Source: Acidobacteriota bacterium
GTDB taxonomy: Bacteria; Acidobacteriota; UBA890; WLXD01
Length of the DNA stretch: 64,000 nucleotides
Direction: 5' to 3'
NCBI GenBank assembly: GCA_963666055.2
Contig: CAXWPH010000015.1
Location: 1,824,001 to 1,888,000, forward strand
Shown here piece after piece: positions 8,505 to 17,863 of the stretch (position 1 is its first letter; each line of letters opens with the position of its first letter). Under the pieces are notes generated by a model that did not search any database, was not told the origin of the DNA, and worked only from the letters and a program-made list of their open reading frames with translations. Both the position numbers and the translations under genes were made by a program.

Positions 8505-10958
8505 ATGACCCACTCCACTGCCAGCTCGTTTCGTCGTCGACCCGGAGCCGTTCGCGCCGCGATCACCCTGGCGATCGTGCTCTCATCGACCCTCATCGGA
8601 TATCTGTTCTGGCGTCTCCCGGGCTCGGCGCCGGACCTCGCCTCGCGGCGCGGCGACCGCCAGATGAGCGTCGTGCTGGTGACGCTCGACACGACGCGCG
8701 CCGATCATATCGGCGTGTACGGCTTCGACGAGGTCGACACACCCGTTATCGATGCGGTAGCCGCCCGCGGCGTCACCTTCATGCGCGCCTACGCCTCGAC
8801 GCCGCTGACGCTGCCCTCGCACACCTCGCTGTTCACCGGCACCCACCCGCCCTACCACGGGGTGCGCGACAACGGCGCGTACGTCGCCGCGGAAGGGCTG
8901 CAGACCCTGGCCGAGAGCTTCCAGGAGGCCGGCTACCGCACCGGTGCCTTCGTCGGAGCCTTCGTCCTCGACTCGCGCTGGGGCCTGGCCCAGGGGTTCG
9001 ACCGCTACTTCGACGAGTTCGAGGCGCCCGAGCACCGAGAGATCGATCTGGGCCACGTGCAGCGTCCCGGATCGGAGGTCATCGACACCGCCCTGGCGTG
9101 GGCCCGTGAGGACGACACCACCCCGTTCTTCATGTGGGTGCATCTGTACGATCCGCACGCCCCGTACGAGCCGCCCGAGCCCTTCAGGTCACGATACGCC
9201 GATCGGCCTTACGTCGGTGAGATCGCCTGGACCGACTCCCTGGTGGGCAGGCTGACCTCGTGGCTGGACGACTCCGGCCGCTCCGACGAGACCTACGTCG
9301 TGGTGACAGCCGATCACGGCGAGGGTCTCGGCGAGCACGGGGAGAGCGAGCACGGGCTGCTGCTGTACGAGTCGGCCATCCGGGTGCCGCTGATCATCGC
9401 CACCCCATTCGACGAGCCGCGGGGCATCCAGCGCCACGAGCCGGTCTCGTTGATCGATGTCATGCCGACCGTGCTGGAGTTGACCGGGCTGGAGACCCCC
9501 GAGCAGGTGCAAGGCAGCAGCCTGGTGCCGCTGTTCACCGAGGACACCGAAGTCGAGGGCTGGCCCGGCGAGCGTGTCTATGCCGAGACCTTCTACCCGC
9601 GCCTCCATTTCGGCTGGAGCGAGCTCCAGGCGATCCTCGAGCCCACCTACAAGCTCATCATCTCGCCCGAGCCGGAGCTCTACGATGTTCTGCAGGACCC
9701 TGGAGAGCAGCAGAACCTCGTATCAGCGCGCGCCGCCACGGCCGAGGCGCTGCGCCGGGAGGCCGAGGAGCTGGTGGCGAGGCTCGAAGAGAACGCCAAC
9801 CCGGCGGACACCGTCACGCTCGACCAGGAGACTCTGCAGCGGCTCGCCGCACTCGGGTACATCGGCACCTACAGCGCCGACGCCGACGACCCGGACGCCA
9901 AGCGCGCCAACCCGAGGGACAAGATCGGGATCTACAACGACCTGCTCCGGGCCCGCGGCCTGACCCTCGGCAACCAGCTGGCCGAGGCCGAGGTGCTGCT
10001 GCGGGGGGTCATCGCCAAGGATGCCGGCGTGGTCGATGCGCACCAGTCGCTCGGTAGCCTGCTCTTCGAGCAGTTCCGCTACGAGGAAGCAATCGAGGCC
10101 TTCGAGACCGCACTCTCTATGAGGCCCGAAGACGCGGGCCTGGTGCTGCATCTCACCAAGTCGCAGATGCATGCCGGTCAGATGGACGCGGCCGAGGCAC
10201 TGTTGCTGGACGTCATCGACGTCCTGCAGCCGGATGTCCGGTTCTACATCAACCTCGGGCAAATCAAGCAATCCAAGGGGTCCTACGACGAAGCAGCAAC
10301 CTACTTCAACGAGGCGTTGCGCCTCAGCGAAGGCAGTCTGGCGGACATGCCGGGGCTGCTGCGAACCGCACCCAAGCCGGTGGACAATCTCAGGGGCGCC
10401 GCGCACCTCGGGCTCGGGGCCATCCAGCTGGCCGCCGGCCGCCCGCGCCTGGCGGAGGAACACCTGAACCTAGCGCGTCGCTACAACGATAGCCTCGCTG
10501 ATCTGCACCTCCATCGCGCCTTGCTGTTCGAGGCCCGAGGACAGCCGGACGAGGCAATCGCCGCCTACCGTCGCGAGCTCCAGAACTCGCCGCGCAACAT
10601 CAGGGCAGCAATCAACCTCAGCGTCATCTACCGCAACCGCGGCGACCTCGTCGGGGAGGAGCGCTACCTGCGTCTGGCCCTCGAGATCAACCCGCAGTTC
10701 ACCCGTGGAAGCCTGTTTCTGGCTCGCATCCACCTGGTGAAGAACGAGCGCCTCGACGAGGCCCTGTCGCTCGTCGAGGGGGCGCTGGTGCGAATGGAAT
10801 CATCGACGGCGCGTCGGGTGCCGCAAGAGATCACCAGGCAGAACCAAGCGCTGGGCCATCTTTTGCTCGCGGATATCTACAATCGACTCGGAAGAACCGA
10901 GCTCTCCAACCAGCACGCGCGTCTTGGGATGCAGCTCCGAGACGGGACACAACGCTGA
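8505..10958 (+). CDS. Membrane-anchored sulfatase-like (alkaline phosphatase superfamily) hydrolase/transferase with C-terminal TPRs
   Basis: N-terminal TM helix; VVLVTLDTTRADH, TLPSHTSLFTG, WVHLYDPHAPY, TADHGE; TPR tail. Confidence 0.88.
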   Translation: MTHSTASSFRRRPGAVRAAITLAIVLSSTLIGYLFWRLPGSAPDLASRRGDRQMSVVLVTLDTTRADHIGVYGFDEVDTPVIDAVAARGVTFMRAYASTPLTLPSHTSLFTGTHPPYHGVRDNGAYVAAEGLQTLAESFQEAGYRTGAFVGAFVLDSRWGLAQGFDRYFDEFEAPEHREIDLGHVQRPGSEVIDTALAWAREDDTTPFFMWVHLYDPHAPYEPPEPFRSRYADRPYVGEIAWTDSLVGRLTSWLDDSGRSDETYVVVTADHGEGLGEHGESEHGLLLYESAIRVPLIIATPFDEPRGIQRHEPVSLIDVMPTVLELTGLETPEQVQGSSLVPLFTEDTEVEGWPGERVYAETFYPRLHFGWSELQAILEPTYKLIISPEPELYDVLQDPGEQQNLVSARAATAEALRREAEELVARLEENANPADTVTLDQETLQRLAALGYIGTYSADADDPDAKRANPRDKIGIYNDLLRARGLTLGNQLAEAEVLLRGVIAKDAGVVDAHQSLGSLLFEQFRYEEAIEAFETALSMRPEDAGLVLHLTKSQMHAGQMDAAEALLLDVIDVLQPDVRFYINLGQIKQSKGSYDEAATYFNEALRLSEGSLADMPGLLRTAPKPVDNLRGAAHLGLGAIQLAAGRPRLAEEHLNLARRYNDSLADLHLHRALLFEARGQPDEAIAAYRRELQNSPRNIRAAINLSVIYRNRGDLVGEERYLRLALEINPQFTRGSLFLARIHLVKNERLDEALSLVEGALVRMESSTARRVPQEITRQNQALGHLLLADIYNRLGRTELSNQHARLGMQLRDGTQR

Positions 10959-11042
10959 CGATGAACCCCTGCGCACCGATGATCAGACGAGCCCTGCAAC
11001 CTCGGCGGAGCAGCTTGCGGCAAAGGACCGGCTCGCCCCTTC

Positions 11043-11067
11043 GCCGGCCCACCGCACCTATAGACTA
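11043..11067 (+). promoter_or_regulatory. Repeated promoter-like element, copy 2
   Basis: GCCGGCCCAccgCACCTATAGACTA upstream of the second paralogue. Confidence 0.6.
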
Positions 11068-11149
11068 GTTAGAGGCGCGCTCGCACGGCGCTGAACAGCC
11101 CGGCCGAGGCGCCGCATCGATTGCATCGCCTACCCCGCTTCCTATCGCC

Positions 11150-13510
11150 ATGACCAAACGCACCCCCAGCTCGCGAAGCTGGCAAACTGTAGCTCTGCGC
11201 GCCGTAGTCGGCTTGGCGATCGTGACGGCGTTGGTCTATGTCGGCTATCGATTGTTGCCTGCGACGACGGCCGCACCGGACATCGCCGTGTTGCGCGGCG
11301 ACCGGCAGATGAACGTCGTGCTGGTGACGCTCGACACGACACGCGCCGATCGCATCGGCGCCTATGGCTACGACGACATCGAAACCCCGGCGTTCGATAG
11401 GCTGGCCGCCGAGGGCGTTATCTTCCTGCGCGCCTACTCGGCAACGCCGCTGACGCTGCCATCGCATACGTCGCTGATGAGCGGCACCTACCCTCCCTAC
11501 CACGGCGTGCGCGACAACGGCGCTTTCGTGGCGCCCGACGATCTGGATACACTGGGGGAGTTGTTCCGCGACGCCGGTTACCGGACGGGGGCGTTCGTCT
11601 CGTCGTTCGTCCTCGACGGGCGCTTCGGGCTGGCGCAGGGTTTCGACACCTACTTCGACGAGTTCGAGGTGCCCCGGACGCGCATGATCGCGCTGGCGAG
11701 CATCCAGCGACCGGGGTCGGAAGCGGTCGACGCGGCGCTGGCATGGTCACGGCAGGATCCATCGGCGCCGTTCTTCCTGTGGGTCCACATGTTCGACGCC
11801 CACACCCCGTACGAGCCGCCGCCCGAGTTTCGCGACCGATATCCGGGCCGCCCGTACGTCGGCGAGATCGCCTATGCAGATACGCAGCTCGGTCGCCTGA
11901 TCTCGTGGCTCGACAGCAGCGGCCGTCGCGACGACACCTTCGTGATCGTGGCGGGGGACCACGGCGAGAGCCTCGGTGAGCACGGCGAGATCGAGCACGG
12001 CTTCTTCCTCTACGAAGAGGCGATCCACGTTCCCCTGGTGATCTCCACACCGTTTTCGGCCTATCAGGGCGTACGTCGATCCGAGCCCGTGTCGTTGGTC
12101 GACGTCATGCCCACGATCCTCACGCTGGTCGGACTACCGATCCCGTCCGAGGTGCAGAGCCAGAGCCTGGTTCCGCTGCTCAGCGCCGACGCTGCCGAGC
12201 GCGCCGACAGCCTGGTCTACTCCGAGACCTACTACCCGCGGCTGCACTTCGGTTGGAGCGAGTTACGCGTCCTTCTGAGCCCCGAGTACAAGCTCATCAT
12301 GTCGTCCGAGCCGGAGCTTTATGACTTGGCATCGGACCCGGACGAGGCCGTGAACCTGTCGCAGCAGCGCGCCGCCACCACCGAGCTCCTGCGTCAGCAG
12401 GCCGACACCCTGGTAGCGGACTACGAGCAGGATGGCGGTCTGGCCGAGGCCGTGACGCTCGACGAGGAAACCCGCCGGCGGCTCGCCGCCCTCGGTTATC
12501 TGGGCAACTTCGCCGACTCCATCGAGGACGACGCCGAGATCCGGGCCAGCCCCGTAGACAAGATCGACATCTACAACGATCTCCTGAGGGCCCGGTCGCT
12601 GACGCTGCGGTCTGAGCTAGCCGAGGCGGAATCGCTGTTCCGTGGCATCATCGCTGCTGACCCCGGGGTGATCGATGCCTACCAGGCGCTCGGCAACCTG
12701 CTGATCGATCAGGGACGCTACCCCGAGGCTATTCCTGTCTTCGAAGAGGCGATCGCCCGAAACCCGGACGACATCGGCCTGGTGCTGTTCCTCGCCAACG
12801 CTCAGATGCGATCGGGGCGGGCCGATGATGCCGAGCGGGTGCTGACCGATTTCGCCGATGTGCTGGAACCAGACGCCCGGGTTCAACTCGCCCTCGGAGG
12901 CATCTACCACCGCAGCGGGCGCCACGAGGAAGCGATCGCGGCGTTCAACCAAGCGCTGGAGCTCGACCCCAAGATGGCTGGGGCGCACGTCGGGCTGGCC
13001 GGCACGTACCTGCAACTCGGTCGTACCGAGCTCGCCCAGCCGCAGCTGGATCGCGCCCAGGAGCTCAACGACGAGATACCGGAGCTGCACTTCACCTGGG
13101 CCCAGCTGTTCCAGCGCCGGGGTCGAATGAACGAGGCGATCGCCGCCTACCGTCGCGAGCTCGAGATCTCGCCCGAGCACCTGATGTCGGTGTTCAACCT
13201 GAGCCTAATCCACCGTAACCTGCAAAATCTGCAGCAGGAGGAACGCTACCTCCAGCTGGCGCTATCGATCGATCCGACGTTCCCGCGCGCCCGCCTCTTC
13301 ATGGCACGCATCCACCTGGTGCGCGGTCAGGGTTACGAGGAGGCCATCGAATTGGTCGAGGGAGCGCTTGCCGCGAGCGAGATTCTCGACCGGGATCGCG
13401 CTCTGGGTCACTTCCTGTTGGCGGACATCTACAATCGACTCGGCCGGGACGACCTGTCCCGCCTGAATGCCCGTCTTGCCGAGCGCGCGCAGGCCCGGGT
13501 CGGGAGCTGA
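11150..13510 (+). CDS. Membrane-anchored sulfatase-like hydrolase/transferase with C-terminal TPRs (paralogue of 8505-10958)
   Basis: NVVLVTLDTTRADR, TLPSHTSLMSG, AGDHGESLGEHGE; same architecture and C-terminus (GHFLLADIYNRLGR). Confidence 0.88.
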   Translation: MTKRTPSSRSWQTVALRAVVGLAIVTALVYVGYRLLPATTAAPDIAVLRGDRQMNVVLVTLDTTRADRIGAYGYDDIETPAFDRLAAEGVIFLRAYSATPLTLPSHTSLMSGTYPPYHGVRDNGAFVAPDDLDTLGELFRDAGYRTGAFVSSFVLDGRFGLAQGFDTYFDEFEVPRTRMIALASIQRPGSEAVDAALAWSRQDPSAPFFLWVHMFDAHTPYEPPPEFRDRYPGRPYVGEIAYADTQLGRLISWLDSSGRRDDTFVIVAGDHGESLGEHGEIEHGFFLYEEAIHVPLVISTPFSAYQGVRRSEPVSLVDVMPTILTLVGLPIPSEVQSQSLVPLLSADAAERADSLVYSETYYPRLHFGWSELRVLLSPEYKLIMSSEPELYDLASDPDEAVNLSQQRAATTELLRQQADTLVADYEQDGGLAEAVTLDEETRRRLAALGYLGNFADSIEDDAEIRASPVDKIDIYNDLLRARSLTLRSELAEAESLFRGIIAADPGVIDAYQALGNLLIDQGRYPEAIPVFEEAIARNPDDIGLVLFLANAQMRSGRADDAERVLTDFADVLEPDARVQLALGGIYHRSGRHEEAIAAFNQALELDPKMAGAHVGLAGTYLQLGRTELAQPQLDRAQELNDEIPELHFTWAQLFQRRGRMNEAIAAYRRELEISPEHLMSVFNLSLIHRNLQNLQQEERYLQLALSIDPTFPRARLFMARIHLVRGQGYEEAIELVEGALAASEILDRDRALGHFLLADIYNRLGRDDLSRLNARLAERAQARVGS

Positions 13511-13515
13511 AGCCC

Positions 13516-15228
13516 ATGTCGACAGGCCACCCAGAGGCGCATCAACACAGTTCGACTCGATTGACAGCAATCGCCTCCTGGCACCGGTCTGTCCTGGTTG
13601 TGGGCGCGCTTGGCGTGCTGGTGGGCATGCACGCGGCGGCACCCTTGGCCCCGGTGACCGGCCGACTCGGATCGCCGGGGGTACTCACCAGCGCCCAGGA
13701 GCAAGCTCCCCCACCTGAGCTGAACGAGTTCCAGACCCTGATGATTGCGGGCGCCGCGGCGCTGCAGAACGGTGATTTCGAGGTAGCGCTGGAGGCGTTC
13801 GACGGCGCGTTGGTGCTCGAGCCCGACGATCCGGTGGCGCGCAGCCAGGTTGGACGGGCTTTGCTCGAGCTCGGGTACTCTGACGAAGCGTTGCCGCTGC
13901 TGAGCCAGGCAGCCCAACTGGCGCCGGACTTATTCGTCACCCAGTTCAACCTCGGGACCGCCCTGCTCCGGGTCGGGCAGCACGAGGAGGCGATCAACTG
14001 GTTGCGCGCCGCTTCGCGGCTGAATCCGGCGGTAGCGCTGCCGCGCTACGGCATGGCGCTCGCCTACGCGGCACTCGGCGACCACGCTCGAGCCATCACA
14101 GAGCTCGAAGAATGTGTGGCCGTGGCGCCGCAGACGACCGACGCCTGGTTGCTGCTGGGGCGACTCCTGACCGAGCACGGCACCGGACTCGAGGCGGTGT
14201 TGAAGGCCACCGAGGCTTTCGAGAAGGTGTTCGAGCAGCGCCCGCACGAAGGTGAGAGCTGCCTGGCGCTCGGCCGTGCGTATCGACGCTTGAACCTCCC
14301 GGAACAGGCCGTGAGCTTGATCGGAGATTGCGAGCGCGCCGGCATCGAGGATCCGCGGCTCTACCTGCTTAAGGCGAGGATGCAGTTGCAGATGGGCAAC
14401 TACACCGAGGCGCGGCCCACTTTCCTTCGCGCTGCCGAGGGACCACAGGTAGCCGGACCCTCCTACCTCGAGCTCGCCGTCATGTCGGACAACCAGGGCG
14501 ATTTCGACACGGCGATCACCGAGTACGAGACGGCGATCACCGAATACGAGCGCAGCACCGAGCTTCGCCTCCGGGGGATCACCGCCTACATTCGTCTCGC
14601 CGACATCTACGTCAAGCGCAACCAGCCGGAGGCCGCCGATGAGCTGTTGACTCGCGCCATCCGTGCCGTGCCGCGCAGCCCGTTAGTGCACAAGGAGCTA
14701 TGTCGGTTGCGTCGAGAAATGGGCGACCTCGCCGCTGCCGAGACGTATTGCCGGCGGGCTCTGGAGCTCAACCCCGACTTACTGGAAGGCTACTACACGC
14801 TGGCGCTGGTGTTGCGGGATCGTAGCAAGACCGACGAGAGCCGGCAGGTGATGGAACGCTACCGAACGCTCACCGCCGCTGACGACCAGGAGAAGCTGGA
14901 GACCAACCGCGCGACGGAGATCGGCCTCGCCAACATCCAGGGGCTGTACTACTTTCGCCGGGACAACCTCGAGCGAGCGCTCGAGCTGTTCGAGAGCGCC
15001 GTCGAGCTGGCGCAGGACGACTGGCTCGTTGCCTTCAACCTCGGCATGACGTACGCCGCGCTCAGCAACCACGAGAGCTCGGTGGTGGCACTGGAACGCT
15101 CGCGGCAGCTCAACCCGGGGCGCTTTTCGACCTACCCGTTGCTGGCTGCGGAGCTGCGCGCCCTCGGCCGTCACGACGAAGCGACGCGCATCGAGGCGCT
15201 CGGCCGAGATCTGGAGCAACGACCTTGA
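13516..15228 (+). CDS. Exported tetratricopeptide repeat protein
   Basis: Hydrophobic N-terminal segment; repeated TPR motifs (FNLGTALL, YGMALAY, FNLGMTYA). Confidence 0.82.
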   Translation: MSTGHPEAHQHSSTRLTAIASWHRSVLVVGALGVLVGMHAAAPLAPVTGRLGSPGVLTSAQEQAPPPELNEFQTLMIAGAAALQNGDFEVALEAFDGALVLEPDDPVARSQVGRALLELGYSDEALPLLSQAAQLAPDLFVTQFNLGTALLRVGQHEEAINWLRAASRLNPAVALPRYGMALAYAALGDHARAITELEECVAVAPQTTDAWLLLGRLLTEHGTGLEAVLKATEAFEKVFEQRPHEGESCLALGRAYRRLNLPEQAVSLIGDCERAGIEDPRLYLLKARMQLQMGNYTEARPTFLRAAEGPQVAGPSYLELAVMSDNQGDFDTAITEYETAITEYERSTELRLRGITAYIRLADIYVKRNQPEAADELLTRAIRAVPRSPLVHKELCRLRREMGDLAAAETYCRRALELNPDLLEGYYTLALVLRDRSKTDESRQVMERYRTLTAADDQEKLETNRATEIGLANIQGLYYFRRDNLERALELFESAVELAQDDWLVAFNLGMTYAALSNHESSVVALERSRQLNPGRFSTYPLLAAELRALGRHDEATRIEALGRDLEQRP

Positions 15229-15261
15229 GCAGATGCTGCGGGCGCTCCCGAGGAGGCCCGC

Positions 15262-16698
15262 GTGTCGGCCAATGAGTACCGCAACCTCAGCCTGTGGCAC
15301 GACACGGTGCCAGAGCCGCTGGCGCCGCGCCCCGGCCTGACCACCGACGAACGAGTAGATGTTGTCATCGTCGGTGCCGGGTTCACCGGGCTGTGGACCG
15401 CCTACTACCTCGCTGAGCACCAGCCCGGCATCCGTATAGCCATCCTCGAGGCTGAGATCGCCGGCTTCGGGGCGTCGGGACGCAACGGCGGCTGGTGTCT
15501 AGGTACCATGGCCGGCATCGGCCAGCTGCTGCACGATCCGGCCCAGCGCAACGGCGCGATTCGCCTGCAGCGGGCGCTGTTCAACACCGTCGATGAGGTC
15601 GGGCGTGTCTGTGCGCAGGAGGAGATCGACTGTCACTGGGCCAAAGGAGGCAATATCACCGTCGCCACCTCGAAAATGTTCCACGCGCACGTCAGGGAAG
15701 AGCTCGACGACTGGCGGACACTCGGAGCCACCGAGGACGAGGTGCGCTGGATGGAGCCGCAGGAATGCGCCTCGCACGTGCGCACGGCGCGAAACTACGG
15801 CGGCGTGTTTCTGTCTGCGGTCGCCGCCCTTCATCCCGCCCGACTGGTGCGCGGGCTCGCTGAGGCGGTGGAGCGCCGCGGCGTAACCATCTACGAGCGC
15901 TCGCCGGCGTTGTCGCTGGGGACGCGCCGCGTAGTGACCCGCGGTGCAACGGTGACCGCCGACACCGTGGTTCGCGCCACCGAGGGATACACGCGCACCA
16001 TCGCCGGGGAAAAGCGCCGGCTGCTTCCCGTGCACTCGATGATGATCGCCACCGAGCCACTGCCGCCGTCCGTGTGGAAAGAGATTGGGTTCGTTGACCG
16101 CGTAACGTTCGGCGACCCGCGGCGCATGGTGACCTACGGTCAGCGAACCGCTGACGATCGCCTGGCGTTCGGCTGCCGCGGCGAATACTTCTTCGGCTCG
16201 AGGATCTGCGATCGCTTCTCGCCCGGGGATCCGGCATTCTCCCACGCGCGCGACGTGTTGGAGTCGTTCTTTCCCGCCGTCAGCGACCACCTAGTCACCC
16301 ATCGTTGGGGGGGCGCCTTCGGCGTGCCGCGCAACTGGCGCCCCGCTGTCGGCATCGACCGCCAGGCTGGCCTCGCCTGGGGCGGAGGCTACGTCGGGGA
16401 GGGGGTAGGAGCGTCGAACCTCGTCGGCCGCACCCTGGCCGACCTCATCTTGGAGCGCCAGACGGACCTCGTGGATCTGCCTCTGGTAGGTCCAGATTTT
16501 CGCAGCTGGGAACCCGAGCCACTCCGCTGGATCGGCTCGACGGTGCTGATGAAGATCGCCGAGTCGCTCGACGCCGCCGAGCTACGCGACCGACCGACCC
16601 CGCGCATCCGCAACGCCATCTTCGAAGCGCTGGTACGCAAGGAGACGTGCGGTAGCAGCACCTGCGCAAAGTGCCACGACGCTACGGCGCCGATCTGA
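15262..16698 (+). CDS. FAD-dependent oxidoreductase (DadA/PuuB-like amine/amino-acid oxidase family)
   Basis: RBS GAGGAGG; VVIVGAGFTGLWTAYYL, GASGRNGG, GGYVGEGV. Confidence 0.88.
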   Translation: MSANEYRNLSLWHDTVPEPLAPRPGLTTDERVDVVIVGAGFTGLWTAYYLAEHQPGIRIAILEAEIAGFGASGRNGGWCLGTMAGIGQLLHDPAQRNGAIRLQRALFNTVDEVGRVCAQEEIDCHWAKGGNITVATSKMFHAHVREELDDWRTLGATEDEVRWMEPQECASHVRTARNYGGVFLSAVAALHPARLVRGLAEAVERRGVTIYERSPALSLGTRRVVTRGATVTADTVVRATEGYTRTIAGEKRRLLPVHSMMIATEPLPPSVWKEIGFVDRVTFGDPRRMVTYGQRTADDRLAFGCRGEYFFGSRICDRFSPGDPAFSHARDVLESFFPAVSDHLVTHRWGGAFGVPRNWRPAVGIDRQAGLAWGGGYVGEGVGASNLVGRTLADLILERQTDLVDLPLVGPDFRSWEPEPLRWIGSTVLMKIAESLDAAELRDRPTPRIRNAIFEALVRKETCGSSTCAKCHDATAPI

Positions 16699-17236
16699 CC
16701 ACCACACGGTCACCCGCCCTGATGAGGCCAGGCACGTCGACCACCCCGACCACGCCGCGCAAGTTCAGCGCGTGTTTGGGAAACATAGCGGCGACCACCG
16801 GACCACCGGCATGGGTGGTGTAGGCGGCGGCAATTTGATCCCCCATCTCGACGCAGGGCGGATTGCACTCCTCGACGCGCAAGACGGCTCCGGAGGGAAA
16901 GTGTAATCGTGTGCCCCGCGGCAGCCCGGACAGATTCGAAATGTCCTTGAAGCACAGGTTTGCTCCCAGCGTCGACGCGGCGAGCGGCTCCCGCAGGTCC
17001 ATCCGCTGCGCGATCAGCTCGATCTCCTCGATCGACACCGCTGACCACTGGCGCTCGTTCCGCCGCACGGTGCCGACCGGATCGACGTCGCCCTTGAAGG
17101 CCACACGCGAGTAGCCGCGGTGCTTGTCGCCGACGAAGCCATCGAGCTGCGCTTGGACTTCCGGCTGCTCGTCTTTGTGCAGGTCAACACGGTCACCGCT
17201 GTGGACGGATACGACCGACCCCGCGAGATCACTCAT
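16682..17236 (-). CDS. MOSC domain-containing protein
   Basis: GFVGDKH, RQWSAVS, LGANL, NPPC and RGVVGVVDVPGLIRAGDRV match the MOSC pattern. Confidence 0.75.
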   Translation of the reverse strand: MSDLAGSVVSVHSGDRVDLHKDEQPEVQAQLDGFVGDKHRGYSRVAFKGDVDPVGTVRRNERQWSAVSIEEIELIAQRMDLREPLAASTLGANLCFKDISNLSGLPRGTRLHFPSGAVLRVEECNPPCVEMGDQIAAAYTTHAGGPVVAAMFPKHALNLRGVVGVVDVPGLIRAGDRVVVRSAP

Positions 17237-17360
17237 CGTGGTCACGCCCCTGACGCTCGAACACTGCGCGCGCGTCACGCAAGAAGTAGGCAAAGATCAC
17301 TACCGCGCTCGCCGCCAGCACCAGCGCGTTGATCCAGGTAAACAGGTCCCAACCATTCAT
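17229..17360 (-). CDS. Small single-pass membrane protein (43 aa)
   Basis: MNGWDLFTWINALVLAASAVVIFAYFLRD; RBS GGAG; overlaps the flanking stop and start codons. Confidence 0.6.
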   Translation of the reverse strand: MNGWDLFTWINALVLAASAVVIFAYFLRDARAVFERQGRDHDE

Positions 17361-17659
17361 GGCCGCACTCCCTGGCCCGCCACTGTTTCGCTGTCGCCAA
17401 CCGGCGCCGTTGGCAGACTGCCGAACAAGGTACCAATGACGAAACCGACCAGGCTCATCGGCAGGCTGAAGTACAAAGCGTATTCCCGCCAGATAGTGAA
17501 GGTATCGCTGCCGATCGAGACCGGCCAGATATAGGTGGTGTAGATCTCGTTGTATGTGCCAACGCGCGCCAGCCACAAGTAGAACACGATCATGCTCACG
17601 AGCCCGACGATGCCCACCCGCGTAAGCGAAAGCAGCTCGGCGTCGGTAAGGTCGGGCTT
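17357..17659 (-). pseudogene. C-terminal remnant of a membrane transporter (sodium:solute symporter-like)
   Basis: KPDLTDAELLSLTRVGIV...TM helices...LVGFVIGTLFG; no plausible N-terminal part or RBS. Confidence 0.45.
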
Positions 17660-17805
17660 TGGTAGCGGACGACCGTCTCTTCTACAAGCGAGCCTTCGAG
17701 GGCGTCCGGCTGGCCGAGATCGAAGCCACGACGCTCGCCGACGTGATTCGCCGGAACACTCGTATCGAAGGCGAGATCGCCGACGACGTGTTCACCTCGC
17801 GGTGA
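17653..17805 (+). pseudogene. C-terminal remnant of an animal-type heme peroxidase family gene
   Basis: RALVADDRLFYKRAF...LAEIEATTLADVIRRNTRIEGEIADDVF* resembles the family C-terminus (RxGDRFxY...EI..TTLADVI.RNT...DVF); preceded by TAA, no start. Confidence 0.55.
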
Positions 17806-17863
17806 AATCAGAGCGCATCGCGGCTCGAGCGTAACGAGCTCCTGCGACGCCCGCGGCGCCCGG

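Noticed and set aside
15226-15262. TGA of the TPR gene is in frame with the downstream oxidase (possible read-through fusion)
   Set aside because: The oxidase has its own strong RBS (GAGGAGG) and start; the families are unrelated and there is no Cys-equivalent position
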